Shown piece after piece: positions 63,675 through 64,000 of a stretch of 64,000 bases of DNA. A program made the translations under genes and the position numbers. The notes under the pieces are model-generated. The model worked only from the letters and a program-made list of their open reading frames with translations. It had not been told where the DNA came from and did not search any database. The stretch is from Streptococcus sp. (GTDB lineage: Bacteria; Bacillota; Bacilli; Lactobacillales; Streptococcaceae), in contig JAUMZQ010000004.1 of assembly GCA_030528055.1 (NCBI GenBank), forward strand, positions 15,160 to 79,159, written 5' to 3'. Positions within the stretch are counted from its first letter, which is position 1; each line of letters starts with the position of its first letter.

Positions 63675-64000
63675 TCACAAATTTCTTGTCACAAGTTTTA
63701 AAACAACTAGGTCAAATAAATAACTTTTATCATATAAACCCGATTTTATCTGGTAATCGGTTTTAATTAAACAAGCAATGGCTTTTTTTAGAAAAGAGAG
63801 TTCAATCATTCGTGAATCACGAAGAGCAAATTTGACCTGATAAGGATTCATCTTTCGACCTAGATAGTCTGATAATTCCGAAACAATCTGACTTTCAGAT
63901 TTATGCTGAGTTGATAAAATTTTAACCTGAGTAAATGTCCTAAATTGACTTAACATAATTGCAATTAGTTTAATCTCATCTTCACCTTGTAAAGTCAAAT
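63675..64000 (-). CDS. holA: DNA polymerase III delta subunit, C-terminal part (gene continues beyond window end)
   Basis: C-terminal HolA helical domain (YQIKSGLYDKSYLFDLVVL); the ORF runs to the window edge. Confidence 0.7.
   Translation of the reverse strand, partial: LTLQGEDEIKLIAIMLSQFRTFTQVKILSTQHKSESQIVSELSDYLGRKMNPYQVKFALRDSRMIELSFLKKAIACLIKTDYQIKSGLYDKSYLFDLVVLKLVTRNL

Overview
This window reads as a low-GC Streptococcus chromosomal segment, probably mitis/sanguinis group; that call is inference from the gor–MFP/ABC and sodA–holA neighbourhoods and the his, lac and GH101 content. Almost every gene is on the minus strand. Order from the start of the window:

- a miaA fragment, then a complete histidine biosynthesis operon (hisC-Z-G-D-B-H-A-F-I-E-K) under a His T-box leader;
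- addA/addB (rexAB) and a Zn-dependent alcohol dehydrogenase;
- a 1967-aa YSIRK/LPXTG cell-wall-anchored GH101-like endo-alpha-N-acetylgalactosaminidase;
- pheS–GNAT–pheT under a Phe T-box (specifier UUC);
- an orphan COG2984-type ABC substrate-binding protein under a third T-box with a probable Trp (UGG) specifier;
- a TetR regulator divergent from a double-FtsX ABC exporter;
- a complete tagatose/lactose cluster lacR–(cupin with an in-frame TAA)–lacABCD–lacT–lacFEG, with a RAT/terminator upstream of lacT and palindromic operators at the lacA promoter;
- a visibly AT-rich ABC-2-type ATPase plus 12-TM permease cassette;
- a MacAB/YknXYZ-like tripartite exporter next to gor;
- a 43-aa lysine-tailed membrane peptide;
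- small DUF2798-like, YdbC/PC4 and YolD-like genes;
- two U32 'peptidase' (tRNA hydroxylase-type) genes, the second apparently leaderless;
- a DUF948/YtxH pair, lgt–hprK, NUDIX, PspC, SprT, tex, a class-A-beta-lactamase-like serine hydrolase, sodA and the 3' part of holA.

I found no CRISPR array, no IS/transposase, and no recognisable phage-defence or secretion system. The most unusual signals are the orphan T-box-controlled transporter component with a Trp-containing upstream mini-ORF, the AT-rich orphan ABC cassette, the interrupted cupin gene, and the toxin-like small membrane peptide. All coordinates and motifs were read by eye from the sequence; no similarity searches were run.
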